From NCBI GenBank assembly GCA_964016885.1, contig OZ024741.1, positions 124,992,001-125,056,000 on the forward strand: DNA of 64,000 nt. Reading direction: 5' to 3'. Made by a program: the position numbers and the translations under genes. The DNA is from Eledone cirrhosa. Its lineage: Eukaryota. The notes beneath the pieces are model-generated. The model was not told the origin of the DNA. It searched no databases and saw only the letters and a program-made list of their open reading frames with translations. Positions 63,523 to 64,000 of this stretch are shown here, in pieces. Position 1 is the first letter of the stretch, and each line of letters opens with the position of its first letter.

Positions 63523-63683
63523 AATAATTGTTTCTACTTTTGGCACATTACTGGTACTTTATTTTATCGACCCCGTAAGGATGAAAGGCAAAGTTAACCT
63601 CGACAGGATTTGAACTTAGTCCGTAAAGGGACGTAACTCTATGCTGCAAAGCCTGGCGTCCGACTCTCCACCAATACTGCCAA
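63523..63683 (-). mobile_element. SINE (16919 family)
   Basis: Reverse-complement match including GGATTTGAACT and TTTTATCGACCCCGTAAGGATGAAAGGC. Confidence 0.85.
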
Positions 63684-64000
63684 GACAACAAGGCCAACTT
63701 CCCCAACAGTGGAGGACAGCACTTTAGGGTAATTCCAGAGAAAATTCACACACAAAGCCCTGGATTACGCTGTACATCTAACGGGCATTGGAAGTGCCCT
63801 CTTCCGGTTTCCTTTTTCCTACTTAGAAAAGTATTATCAAAATAATAATTTTTTTAAATATAGAAACATAAAATATGTGCTAAGTATCAGGTGATTTGAT
63901 GTAGTGATTTGATGTTCTGCGCAACGAATGCAGAAGAATCGTCAACGCTATTGCAGTACAAATTACTTGATGATGTTGATGATGTTGATAATAATAATAA

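Overview
AT-rich, microsatellite-dense animal genomic DNA, probably a cephalopod such as Octopus (inferred from the repeat families). It is almost entirely transposon-derived. I see no intact host gene, only a processed 14-3-3 pseudogene. Contents: (i) Tx1/L1-clade LINEs of two families. Family A sits in (ATT)n, with one copy having both ORFs intact and one degraded copy; family B sits in (GATA)n with three partial copies. (ii) Three near-full-length degraded R4/Dong-like RLE retrotransposons plus a 3' fragment. (iii) Three Penelope-like (GIY-YIG) remnants, each with a hammerhead ribozyme motif in its 3' region. (iv) Several ORF-less, mostly (TA)n-flanked fold-back cassettes carrying hammerhead cores on both strands. 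(v) An internally deleted Helitron containing a GC-rich CRE-like insert. (vi) Many tRNA-derived SINE copies. Two signals stand out. First, a consensus 5' splice donor overlaps the ORF1 stop codon in all three Tx1 copies that retain the junction; it is followed by an AG-free pyrimidine spacer whose first AG would fuse ORF1 and ORF2 in frame. Second, inverted hammerhead cassettes from unrelated sequence families recur across the window. All alignments and RNA folds were made by eye, so element boundaries are approximate.
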